DNA of 64,000 nucleotides, from NCBI GenBank assembly GCA_965223325.1, contig CBDCWI010000002.1, positions 1,376,001-1,440,000 on the forward strand, given 5' to 3'. Source of the stretch: Candidatus Multivoradales bacterium. Its GTDB lineage: Bacteria > Acidobacteriota > Thermoanaerobaculia > Multivoradales > Multivoraceae. The notes beneath the pieces were generated by a model. That model saw only the letters and a list, made by a program, of their open reading frames with translations. It was not told the DNA's origin and did no database searches. A program made the position numbers and the translations under genes. Shown here one piece after another: positions 28,763-36,732 of this stretch. Every line of letters begins with the position of its first letter. Positions within the stretch are counted from its first letter, which is position 1.

Positions 28763-30922
28763 ATGCTGAAACATCGGGAGTCCACGCTCCAGCCGACTCT
28801 GGCGGCGCTCTTGTTCGCCGGTCTCTTCGAAGGCCTTGCCATCGCCCGCTACGACGTCTTGATGGCCGACTTCACCGGCACAGCGCCGCTGTGGGCGACT
28901 GCCAGCGTCTTCCTCGTCATGCTCACGCATCTCATCGGCTGGGGCAGCATCGCCTGGATCTTGCGACGCTCTGGGGTGCGCGATCGTTGGGTGCTTTGGG
29001 CGGCGACGGCCGCCGTGGCTGCAGCGGTGGCACTGTACGCCCGCCTGGCAATTGACGACCGAACGGTGCTTTCACCCCTGGTGGCGGTCGGGCCCCTTGC
29101 GCTCTACCTGCTCTTTGCCATCACGCGACTCTGGCGCCTGCACTCAGCCAACCGCTCGCCTCCGACGCACATCGAGCCAAGTCGCCGAGAAGCCGTCACC
29201 AATGCCATTCTGGTGGCGCTCGCCTGGCTGCCCGTCGCCGTGTGGTCGCTGTTCGGCCGCGTACCGGACGTTCCCTTTCCGCTCGGAACCCAGGTTTCGT
29301 TCGCGGCCAGCAACGCGTTGATCGCCATGATGATCGTCGCCGCCGTGTTCTGGTGGGCGCGTGCGGCAGTCCTGGGAGCAGGCCTCCTGGTGCTCGGCTC
29401 GTTGCTCGCGATGGTGGCACCGCGGACCCACGCCGACCCAGGACGTCCCAACGTGCTGTTCGTACTTGTCGACACGCTCAGACAGGACTACACGGCCCCC
29501 TTCGGCGACGCCGTACGGGGCCAGGCCATCAAGGATCTCGCTGAGCGCGGCGTGACCTTCTCGCGCACCCTCACCGCAATACCCAAGACGCCCGCATCGG
29601 TGGCCTCTTTCTTCACCGCTCGCTACCCGCCCGGCCACGGCGTGCGGACGCTCTTCGACGCGCTGCCCGAAGTCAACAACACGATCGCCGAGGAGTTCCA
29701 AAGCGCCGGCTACCGCACGGAAGCGTTCGTCGCCAACGCCTGGATCAGTCGCGGGCGCAGTTTCGGCCAGGGCTTCGATCGCTTCCACGGCTGGCAAGAG
29801 TTGAATCGCCCCTGGGGGCCGCTGCGCTACGTCAGTTGGTGGATGGCCTTCGACCGGCTCTCCATGCAACGTATCGAACCGTTCTCCGGCCAGACCTACG
29901 CGCACAGCCTGACCGATCGCGTGCTGGCCGCGCTCGACGACGGCGACCGCGACCCCTTCTTCCACTATGTCCACTACTTCGAACCGCATTGGCCGTACCT
30001 TCCGCCGCCCGAACTGGCCCGGCGCTACGGTGCCGACCCGGAGCGCCCTTCGAAGGTCAACAACGTCGGATCCGGCGACCTGGCGCGCGCTGTCATGTTG
30101 TTTGACAACCCGCTCCCCGAGGACGAGAACGAGCACGCGCGAAAGCTCTATCGCGGCGAAGTCGACAACACCCTGGCCGCGGTCGGGCGGCTGCTGGAGG
30201 GCCTCGAGGAGCGCGGGCTCACCGACGACACCATCGTGGTGTTCACCGCCGACCATGGTCACTCGCTCGGCCAACATCGCTACTGGTTCCACCACGGCGC
30301 CTTCCTCTACGACGACTCGGCCCTGATCCCTCTGGTGCTGTCGTGGCCGGGCTCGATTCCCGAGGGTCGAAATGTCGACTTCCAGGTGCGTTCGGTCGAC
30401 GTCATGCCCACGCTCGTCGAACTCGCACTCGACAGGGCGCCGCGACAACCGGTGACCGGTGAGAGTCTGGCTCCCCTCTGGAAGGGCACAGAGAGCGAGC
30501 ATCGTGAAGCCTTCCTCGAATCCGACGTCAAGATGATGGTTACCAACACGCGACGCGCAGTACCGGGCACGGTGGGCAAACTGCGAGCGGTTTCGGACGG
30601 ACGGTGGAAGCTGGTGATGACTCCCCTCGCACCGGGCTTTTTCTTTGAACTGTTCGACGTCCAGGAAGACTCTGCCGAGCTCACCAACCTGGCCCAGGTG
30701 CCGGAACATCGAGCCACTTTCGAGCGCCTGTCAGAGGCGCTCCAGCGCCTGATCCCAGAAGCCGAGCGTGACGCACTCGACCTCCTCCAGCGCCAGACCA
30801 ACCGCCCGGCCGACCCATCGAGTTCCGCCCCGGGCCCAGGCGGTGAAGGTCAGGAAGATCCGATCGACGAGTCCGAGCGCCGACTGCTCGAGAGCCTGGG
30901 GTACGTCGAGGGCGGCGCATGA
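28763..30922 (+). CDS. Multi-TM membrane protein with C-terminal sulfatase-like domain (Thr nucleophile)
   Basis: About 7 N-terminal TMs; PNVLFVLVDTLRQD, KTPASVASFFT, HYFEPH, TADHG, HHG, C-terminal LESLGYV. Confidence 0.88.
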   Translation: MLKHRESTLQPTLAALLFAGLFEGLAIARYDVLMADFTGTAPLWATASVFLVMLTHLIGWGSIAWILRRSGVRDRWVLWAATAAVAAAVALYARLAIDDRTVLSPLVAVGPLALYLLFAITRLWRLHSANRSPPTHIEPSRREAVTNAILVALAWLPVAVWSLFGRVPDVPFPLGTQVSFAASNALIAMMIVAAVFWWARAAVLGAGLLVLGSLLAMVAPRTHADPGRPNVLFVLVDTLRQDYTAPFGDAVRGQAIKDLAERGVTFSRTLTAIPKTPASVASFFTARYPPGHGVRTLFDALPEVNNTIAEEFQSAGYRTEAFVANAWISRGRSFGQGFDRFHGWQELNRPWGPLRYVSWWMAFDRLSMQRIEPFSGQTYAHSLTDRVLAALDDGDRDPFFHYVHYFEPHWPYLPPPELARRYGADPERPSKVNNVGSGDLARAVMLFDNPLPEDENEHARKLYRGEVDNTLAAVGRLLEGLEERGLTDDTIVVFTADHGHSLGQHRYWFHHGAFLYDDSALIPLVLSWPGSIPEGRNVDFQVRSVDVMPTLVELALDRAPRQPVTGESLAPLWKGTESEHREAFLESDVKMMVTNTRRAVPGTVGKLRAVSDGRWKLVMTPLAPGFFFELFDVQEDSAELTNLAQVPEHRATFERLSEALQRLIPEAERDALDLLQRQTNRPADPSSSAPGPGGEGQEDPIDESERRLLESLGYVEGGA

Positions 30923-32985
30923 CGGCCGGAACTCCTCCGCGCTACGCCGCGCCGCTGGCAGTGCTCCTCGCCATGGCCTTTTTTCTGACCGTCTTTCTGC
31001 TCGGCATCCAGCAGGAGAAGGGCGCCATCCTCGCACCCATCATTGCCGGGGCCGCAGGTTTCGTGCCGATTCTGACTCAGTTGTCGTTCGTCGTTCTGGT
31101 CGAGGTTTCACTCGTCTTGATCGCCCATGCCCTGCAGCTCGGAGACGTAGGTGTCGGAAGCGGCTCGCCAGGAGACCCTGCCAGGCGTTGGGGCATGAGA
31201 GGCTTTCTCTGGCTCGGACTCGTTGCCATCGTCCATGCCATCTTGTACTGCTCTGCAGTCGCTGAGCATTCCTTCGTCTTGCATACGGCAACCCGCCTCG
31301 ACCCGCACGTTCTCGCCTACGCGGTCGAGAACTTCGCGATGCTCCAGAGCGTTCTACGCTCGGGCGCCGATGCGCACCTCACTCTGCGCGCCTCGCTCGC
31401 CGGCCTTTGTTTCGTCGCCGGTCTCCTTGCGGGCCTTTGGTTCTCGCAACGACTCGGCGCGCACCAATCACTCGTCTCTCGCCTCGAGGTTCTCTGCCGG
31501 CCGCCGGTGATCGTCGCCTTGCTGGTTTTGGGTGCCCTCTTCCCGCTCGGGGTGTCATGGACCCTGGGTGGCGGTGGCATCACCACGATCGACCCGCTGG
31601 GCTTCTGGTACGCCAGCCTGGCGCGCCAGCCGCCGCCACCGCCGGCGGCAGTCGGTCTCATCCTCCCCGACGACTTCTACGCCGCCCCGCAGCTTCTCCC
31701 CCCAGCCATCGACTCGGACCCGGCGTCCCGGCCCAACGTTCTTCTGGTGGTGCTCGAGTCGACCCGCGCCGTCTCCCTGCCGCCCTGGAATCATGCCGAG
31801 GAAGCTCCGCTGGCGCTACCCTTCTTCGAGCGCATGGCGCGCGAGGGAACGGTGGCCCTCGAGACCTATGCCGGCGTCACCCACACCACCAAGGCGCTGC
31901 CCTCGATCCTCTGCTCGGTGGCGCCACGGCTGGTGATCGACACCACCGAGACGTTGGACAACGGTCTGCCGGTTCCGTGCTTGCCACACCTCTTCACCGG
32001 CCTCGGCTACCGCACGGCGTTTCTGCAAACCGCCAAGAGCACCTTCGAGAATCGCCCGGGGCTGGTGCGCAATCTCGGTTTCGAAAACGCCGCCTTTCGC
32101 GAAACGGTCGCGCGCGAGGGCTTCGACGAAGTCGGCTATCTGGGAGTCGAGGACCGCGCCCTGATCGAACCCGCGCTCGCCTGGACGCGAGCGGCTGGCG
32201 ACAACCCCTGGTTCTTGACCCTCTTGACCCTGACGCCGCACCACCCCTACGAGACTCCCGAGATGGCGGCCGAAGGCGTTGGTTTCGATCCCACCCTACC
32301 CTCTTACCATCGCACCCTCGAGTATCAGGATCAGTTCCTCGCCGATCTGTTCGCGGACCTCGAAGCGGGTGGTGCTCTCCTGAACACCCTGGTTGTTCTG
32401 ATCGGCGACCACGGAGAGGCCTTCGGTGAGCACGCGCGCCGCGAGCACGACGCCGTGCCCTGGCCGGAGGCGGCACACGTACCGCTCTACCTCTGGGGTT
32501 CGCCGCTCGCCGGTCGTCCACAGCGCGTTTCAGGTCTACGCAGTGTGCACGACGTCATGCCTACGGTGCTCGACCTGTTCGACATCGAGTGGCAGGGGAC
32601 GCTCCGCGGTCAGACGGTCTTCGGGCCCGCCCACGAGCGGGTTTTTACCTGGTGTTGGTACAGCCGCTTCTGCGGCGCGATGCGCACCGGACCCCTGTCG
32701 GTCGTCTACCACTTTGATCGCCTGCCCACCGAGCTCTACGATCGCAAGAGTGACCCGCTAGAGCTCACCAACGTCGCGCCTGGCGTCGACGCCGCATCGA
32801 TTCGAGCTCTCGAGAGTCGCCTCCTGGCACACTGGTACTCGGTCAACGGCTTCTGGCAACACCAGGCGCCACCGAGCAGCCCGGACGAGCTGTGGTGGGC
32901 CAGTAGCGCCCCCACGCCGGCAGACGGCGACCCCGCTCGCCGCTCCAACGACGCCTCTCTCCCGTCAGCGCCCGACCCCTTCTGA
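30919..32985 (+). CDS. LTA synthase/phosphoglycerol-transferase-like membrane protein
   Basis: N-terminal TMs; PNVLLVVLES, THTTKA, TPHHPY, IGDHGE; ATGA overlap with the previous gene. Confidence 0.85.
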   Translation: MTAGTPPRYAAPLAVLLAMAFFLTVFLLGIQQEKGAILAPIIAGAAGFVPILTQLSFVVLVEVSLVLIAHALQLGDVGVGSGSPGDPARRWGMRGFLWLGLVAIVHAILYCSAVAEHSFVLHTATRLDPHVLAYAVENFAMLQSVLRSGADAHLTLRASLAGLCFVAGLLAGLWFSQRLGAHQSLVSRLEVLCRPPVIVALLVLGALFPLGVSWTLGGGGITTIDPLGFWYASLARQPPPPPAAVGLILPDDFYAAPQLLPPAIDSDPASRPNVLLVVLESTRAVSLPPWNHAEEAPLALPFFERMAREGTVALETYAGVTHTTKALPSILCSVAPRLVIDTTETLDNGLPVPCLPHLFTGLGYRTAFLQTAKSTFENRPGLVRNLGFENAAFRETVAREGFDEVGYLGVEDRALIEPALAWTRAAGDNPWFLTLLTLTPHHPYETPEMAAEGVGFDPTLPSYHRTLEYQDQFLADLFADLEAGGALLNTLVVLIGDHGEAFGEHARREHDAVPWPEAAHVPLYLWGSPLAGRPQRVSGLRSVHDVMPTVLDLFDIEWQGTLRGQTVFGPAHERVFTWCWYSRFCGAMRTGPLSVVYHFDRLPTELYDRKSDPLELTNVAPGVDAASIRALESRLLAHWYSVNGFWQHQAPPSSPDELWWASSAPTPADGDPARRSNDASLPSAPDPF

Positions 32986-34509
32986 CCAGCGCGCCACGTC
33001 GCCGCTCTCTAGACCATCGGTGAAGATCAGAGCCGACGGGCTCACGGTCCACACGAAGCCGGCTTCGGTGCTGCCGGCGCTCTCGGTTACGGTCACTGCG
33101 ACGGTGTGAACACCAACCGCGCCGTTGGTCGGTCGACCGCTGATCACGCCATTCGCTGGGTCGATCGAAAGCCCGGCAGGTAGGCCAGTCGCGCTGTAGG
33201 AGAGAGGCTCGCCCTCGGGATCGGTGGCAACCACCTGGACCAGAACGTAGTCGCCGGCGGCGTCGCCCTGTGCCCCGGGCGAAACAATCGAAGCCGGCAG
33301 GTTGCCGGCCGCCTCGGCAGTCCAGTCGCGAGGACGAAGATCAAACGAGTTCCAGTGCGAGTACATCCAGACGTCGTCTTCATCTCGCGGAACATGATGA
33401 AAGGAAAGACCGACCCACACCACCGGGTCCTGCCCGACCAGACTCTCGCCGTTTCTGAAGTCCGCGAGGTCGGAACCGCAGATGGTGCCCCGCGCCGGGG
33501 TGACGAGGTTGTGCGACGCGAAGCGCTCACAGGCGCGCCACCGGGTGAACCAGAGATCGTGCTCGGTGAAGGGCTCGTAGGAAGGGCCAACGCTTCGGTG
33601 CCCGAAGTGCGTCGGCACGATCTCGTAGGACGGCGAGTGACCATCGGCGTTCGTGGTGCCGAGGTCGGTAACTCGCCAGGTGCGGAGAGCATCGGGTTCG
33701 ATCGAGCGCGCGATCTCGGTATCGAAGCGCTCTACTGAAATCGTCCGGGTGCGGTTGTTGGCATCGGGTGTCGCGTCGATCTCTTCGATCACATCGTCCG
33801 ACCCGTCATCGCCGAGGTCGAAATCGAGGCGCCAGAAAAAATTGTGAACGTGGGAGATCGCAATGCGTACGAAGTCGTCGTCGATCGACCAACCGTGGAT
33901 CTCGTCGGCAGGTTCGTCCGTGACCCGCTGCAGGCGCCCGGTGGCACCCATGCCCACTTCGATCGAACCGTCGTCGCGAAACGTCCAACGAGGAATGTAG
34001 TTGTAGGCACCGATGCCGCTGATCGAGAAGATCACCAATTGCTCACGCGCCGCCCCACCACCGTCGAAGAGCATGCGCGGCTCGCGCGCTTCTTGGTAGT
34101 GACAAACGACGTCCTTGTCGGTTGACAGCGAGTCGGTGAACGGAATCAACGTACCCGGGCAGTTGTCTTGATCGATCGACACCAGCCGTTTGTCGCCGAT
34201 TCCGAAGTCTGAAAGGTCGTGAAAGCGGGCGCCGTTGTCGTCGTAGGGGACATGGATCTGCGCCAGCCCGGCCTGGGTGAACACCCGCCGGCGCTCACCG
34301 GGCGCACTCGAAAAGTACACCTCCTCGAGGAGGACACCTTCGCGGGGATCGTGCGACACGCAGAGGTCCCAGCCCGTTCCGTTGTCGAAGGTGTAGTCGA
34401 GGCGCCAGTTCCCGGTGCACGGTTGCCCACTCGCCCCCGTTCCGACCAGAGACAACAGAACGGCCAGCAGAGGAGCCCGAAGGGAACGCCCGGACTTCGT
34501 AGCGGCCAC
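32965..34509 (-). CDS. Secreted copper amine oxidase-like catalytic subunit + putative Ig (He_PIG) domain + IFxDGLESG tail
   Basis: Signal peptide; REGVLL, QIHVPY, FHDLSDFG (catalytic Asp position), IGAYNY (TPQ Tyr position), DGSIE..ATG, HVHNFFWRLDFD, DPVVW, HHVPRDED; ATGLPAGLSID. Confidence 0.88.
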   Translation of the reverse strand: MAATKSGRSLRAPLLAVLLSLVGTGASGQPCTGNWRLDYTFDNGTGWDLCVSHDPREGVLLEEVYFSSAPGERRRVFTQAGLAQIHVPYDDNGARFHDLSDFGIGDKRLVSIDQDNCPGTLIPFTDSLSTDKDVVCHYQEAREPRMLFDGGGAAREQLVIFSISGIGAYNYIPRWTFRDDGSIEVGMGATGRLQRVTDEPADEIHGWSIDDDFVRIAISHVHNFFWRLDFDLGDDGSDDVIEEIDATPDANNRTRTISVERFDTEIARSIEPDALRTWRVTDLGTTNADGHSPSYEIVPTHFGHRSVGPSYEPFTEHDLWFTRWRACERFASHNLVTPARGTICGSDLADFRNGESLVGQDPVVWVGLSFHHVPRDEDDVWMYSHWNSFDLRPRDWTAEAAGNLPASIVSPGAQGDAAGDYVLVQVVATDPEGEPLSYSATGLPAGLSIDPANGVISGRPTNGAVGVHTVAVTVTESAGSTEAGFVWTVSPSALIFTDGLESGDVARWSEGVGR

Positions 34510-34511
34510 CC

Positions 34512-35750
34512 TCAGGGCTCTCCCTGTCTGCGGGTCGGGTCGAATGGGTTCTCGTACGTCCAGTCGCGTGGCAGAAGGGTGTAGCCGTACCAGTCGATCG
34601 GCTCACGATAGGCGCTCTCGTCTCGAGGCAGATGATGCCAACTCAACTTGTACCAGAGCACCGGATCGCCGTTCTCGAGATCGCCCGCGTCGATGTAGTC
34701 CGGCAACGACGCCCCGCAGCCACCGACAGTAGAATTGCCGAACGCCAGGCGCTCGCAACTGGTCTCGACGGTGGCCCAGAACGCCGCCTCGGTCCAGGGC
34801 TCGGCAGCCAGCCCGACGAAACGATGGCCTACCGCCAGCGGCTCGAGATGGTAGGAGCGAGCATGGCCCTCGCTGTTGTCCTGGCCGCCGTCGAGGAGCC
34901 GCCATGAGCGCTTCCGCTCGAGGTCGACGGTGGCAAATGCCTCGCTCGTCCAGGCATCCAGCTGCCGTGTGTAGAGCTCACGGTCGAGATTGGGCTCGAG
35001 CTCCAGCTCTTCGACGGTGTCGTCTGCGCCCGAGGTTCCGAGGTCGAGATCGATGCGCCACCAGGACGAAACCGTTGAAGCAACCCCAATGGTTCCGACG
35101 GCATCGATAGGCCAGCCGGCCGTGCTGTCGGATCCGGTTTCGGTGAGCAGGCCACCGCTACCGAGAGCCGGCTCGATCACGCCGTCGTCGTGCAGACGAA
35201 AGCGCACCACCCAGGTTCGACCGGCAAGTTGCGAGGCAGACCAGAGCTCGAGCCACTCGCCCTGACGCTCGGAGCCGTAGTACTGGAGCATCGGGCCGCG
35301 CCACTGCACGCGGTGGCAGGCGTTCGCTTGTGCTCCACCCGGAGCGTTCTGTGCCATGAGCGAACCGCCTGCGCAGTCCTCGGCTCGTAGGGTCAAGGCG
35401 CCACTGGCCAGGCCAGCGGCCGACAAGAGCCCCTCGCGCGAACGATCGTCGTGGAACACCACTTCGATCTGCGCCAGTCCCAAGCGATCGACGACGCGAT
35501 GCTCTGAGCCCCCCGGAAGGGTCAAGCGGGCGTCAACCAACTGCAGGCCCTCTTGATCCGCCAACTCGAGGCAACCGCGCCAGCGCGAACCTGCCTCGAA
35601 GGTCACGTCGAACTGCTGTGCTGGTGCACAGTTGAGCTCCTGGGCGGCGACCGCCTGCCCCGGCAGCAGAGGGCCCAACGACAACACGCCGACCAGGGCG
35701 CAGAATGGCCAGCTAGCAAAAGAACGACGTTCCAGCGACACAGCTCTCAC
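34512..35750 (-). CDS. Secreted copper amine oxidase-like paralog lacking catalytic residues (pseudoenzyme)
   Basis: Collinear with the downstream gene (QEGLQL, LAQIEV, DGVIEP, WRIDLDLG, DPVLW, HHLPRDE) but LAGRTW replaces IGAYNY and STV replaces HVH. Confidence 0.85.
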   Translation of the reverse strand: MRAVSLERRSFASWPFCALVGVLSLGPLLPGQAVAAQELNCAPAQQFDVTFEAGSRWRGCLELADQEGLQLVDARLTLPGGSEHRVVDRLGLAQIEVVFHDDRSREGLLSAAGLASGALTLRAEDCAGGSLMAQNAPGGAQANACHRVQWRGPMLQYYGSERQGEWLELWSASQLAGRTWVVRFRLHDDGVIEPALGSGGLLTETGSDSTAGWPIDAVGTIGVASTVSSWWRIDLDLGTSGADDTVEELELEPNLDRELYTRQLDAWTSEAFATVDLERKRSWRLLDGGQDNSEGHARSYHLEPLAVGHRFVGLAAEPWTEAAFWATVETSCERLAFGNSTVGGCGASLPDYIDAGDLENGDPVLWYKLSWHHLPRDESAYREPIDWYGYTLLPRDWTYENPFDPTRRQGEP

Positions 35751-36616
35751 GGTCGCGCACCGGCTGGGTGCACGTGGTCGGCGTTCGCCGGGGAAGCAGC
35801 GCGAACTCGCCGCTCGAGCTCGAGGACCTCGCCAGTCGAGAGATTGACCACCGGCAAGACGCCCAGCGCCAGGCGTTCGGCGACCCCGGCGGTCGCCTCG
35901 CGGGCGTAGATCACCAGTTGCGCGCAGCGCTCGAGACCACAGCTCTTGGCTCCGCTGCTGCGCGTGGGCATCGCATCGGCGCGGAAGATGAACGCCTTGA
36001 CATTGAGCAGCGAGGCGTTCTGGAGAGCCTCGCCGGTGCCGAGCCGGTAGCGCTCACGGATGACGCGGCGGGTTGGACCGTCGGCGAGCGCCAGGTCGAG
36101 AGCCCGACGCGACTCCCTCTCGGTGAGCGGCAGCTGTGCACCACGAGTCTCGAAGTGATCGTAGAGCGCTGGGTCTCGACCCTCGGTCAGGCTGACCGTC
36201 AGCCTGTGGGTGATGTCGCGTGGGTACTCATAGACCCACACCACGGCACGACGCGGGCGCGCGCTGCGGTTCCTGGCCTTTCTCCCTGCCGGCCAACGCT
36301 CGGTTTCAACCAGCAGCAACTCGTAGCCCGGCAGGGCAGCCAGGAACTCCTCGAGGTCTGCGGGCGGGTTGGCCCGTACGGCCGTGGGAAGAAGCTCTTC
36401 GAGAGCCGACCGACTCGCTGCGCGGCGCTCCTCCGGGCTCAACGGGTCGAGCGCCCCCTTGGCACCGACCGATCGAGCACTCGTTGATCGGGCGTTCTCC
36501 TCTCGACCTTCGGGAGTGAGTGCCTGGGTCTCGCCTCGGGCGGCCAGGAGCGCGCCTCCGATCGCAAGAGCCAGCGCAAAGCGCCACCAGGGGCACAGGA
36601 TTCGAGGTCCCATCAT
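35747..36616 (-). CDS. Secreted protein resembling copper amine oxidase N2/N3 domains
   Basis: Signal peptide; LDPLSPEE, PRRAVVWVY, QLPLTERE, CGLERC, VVNLSTGEV; GTGA overlap with the next gene. Confidence 0.75.
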   Translation of the reverse strand: MMGPRILCPWWRFALALAIGGALLAARGETQALTPEGREENARSTSARSVGAKGALDPLSPEERRAASRSALEELLPTAVRANPPADLEEFLAALPGYELLLVETERWPAGRKARNRSARPRRAVVWVYEYPRDITHRLTVSLTEGRDPALYDHFETRGAQLPLTERESRRALDLALADGPTRRVIRERYRLGTGEALQNASLLNVKAFIFRADAMPTRSSGAKSCGLERCAQLVIYAREATAGVAERLALGVLPVVNLSTGEVLELERRVRAASPANADHVHPAGARP

Positions 36617-36732
36617 CTCTCTATTGTATTCGCCAATGGCTTTCTGTGCCGGAACGAAAGGCACCCCGCAGCCCCCTCGAAAGGGGTCCACGGGGCGCAT
36701 TCGAGGCCTTCAACGGAAGGGGCCGAAGAGCC

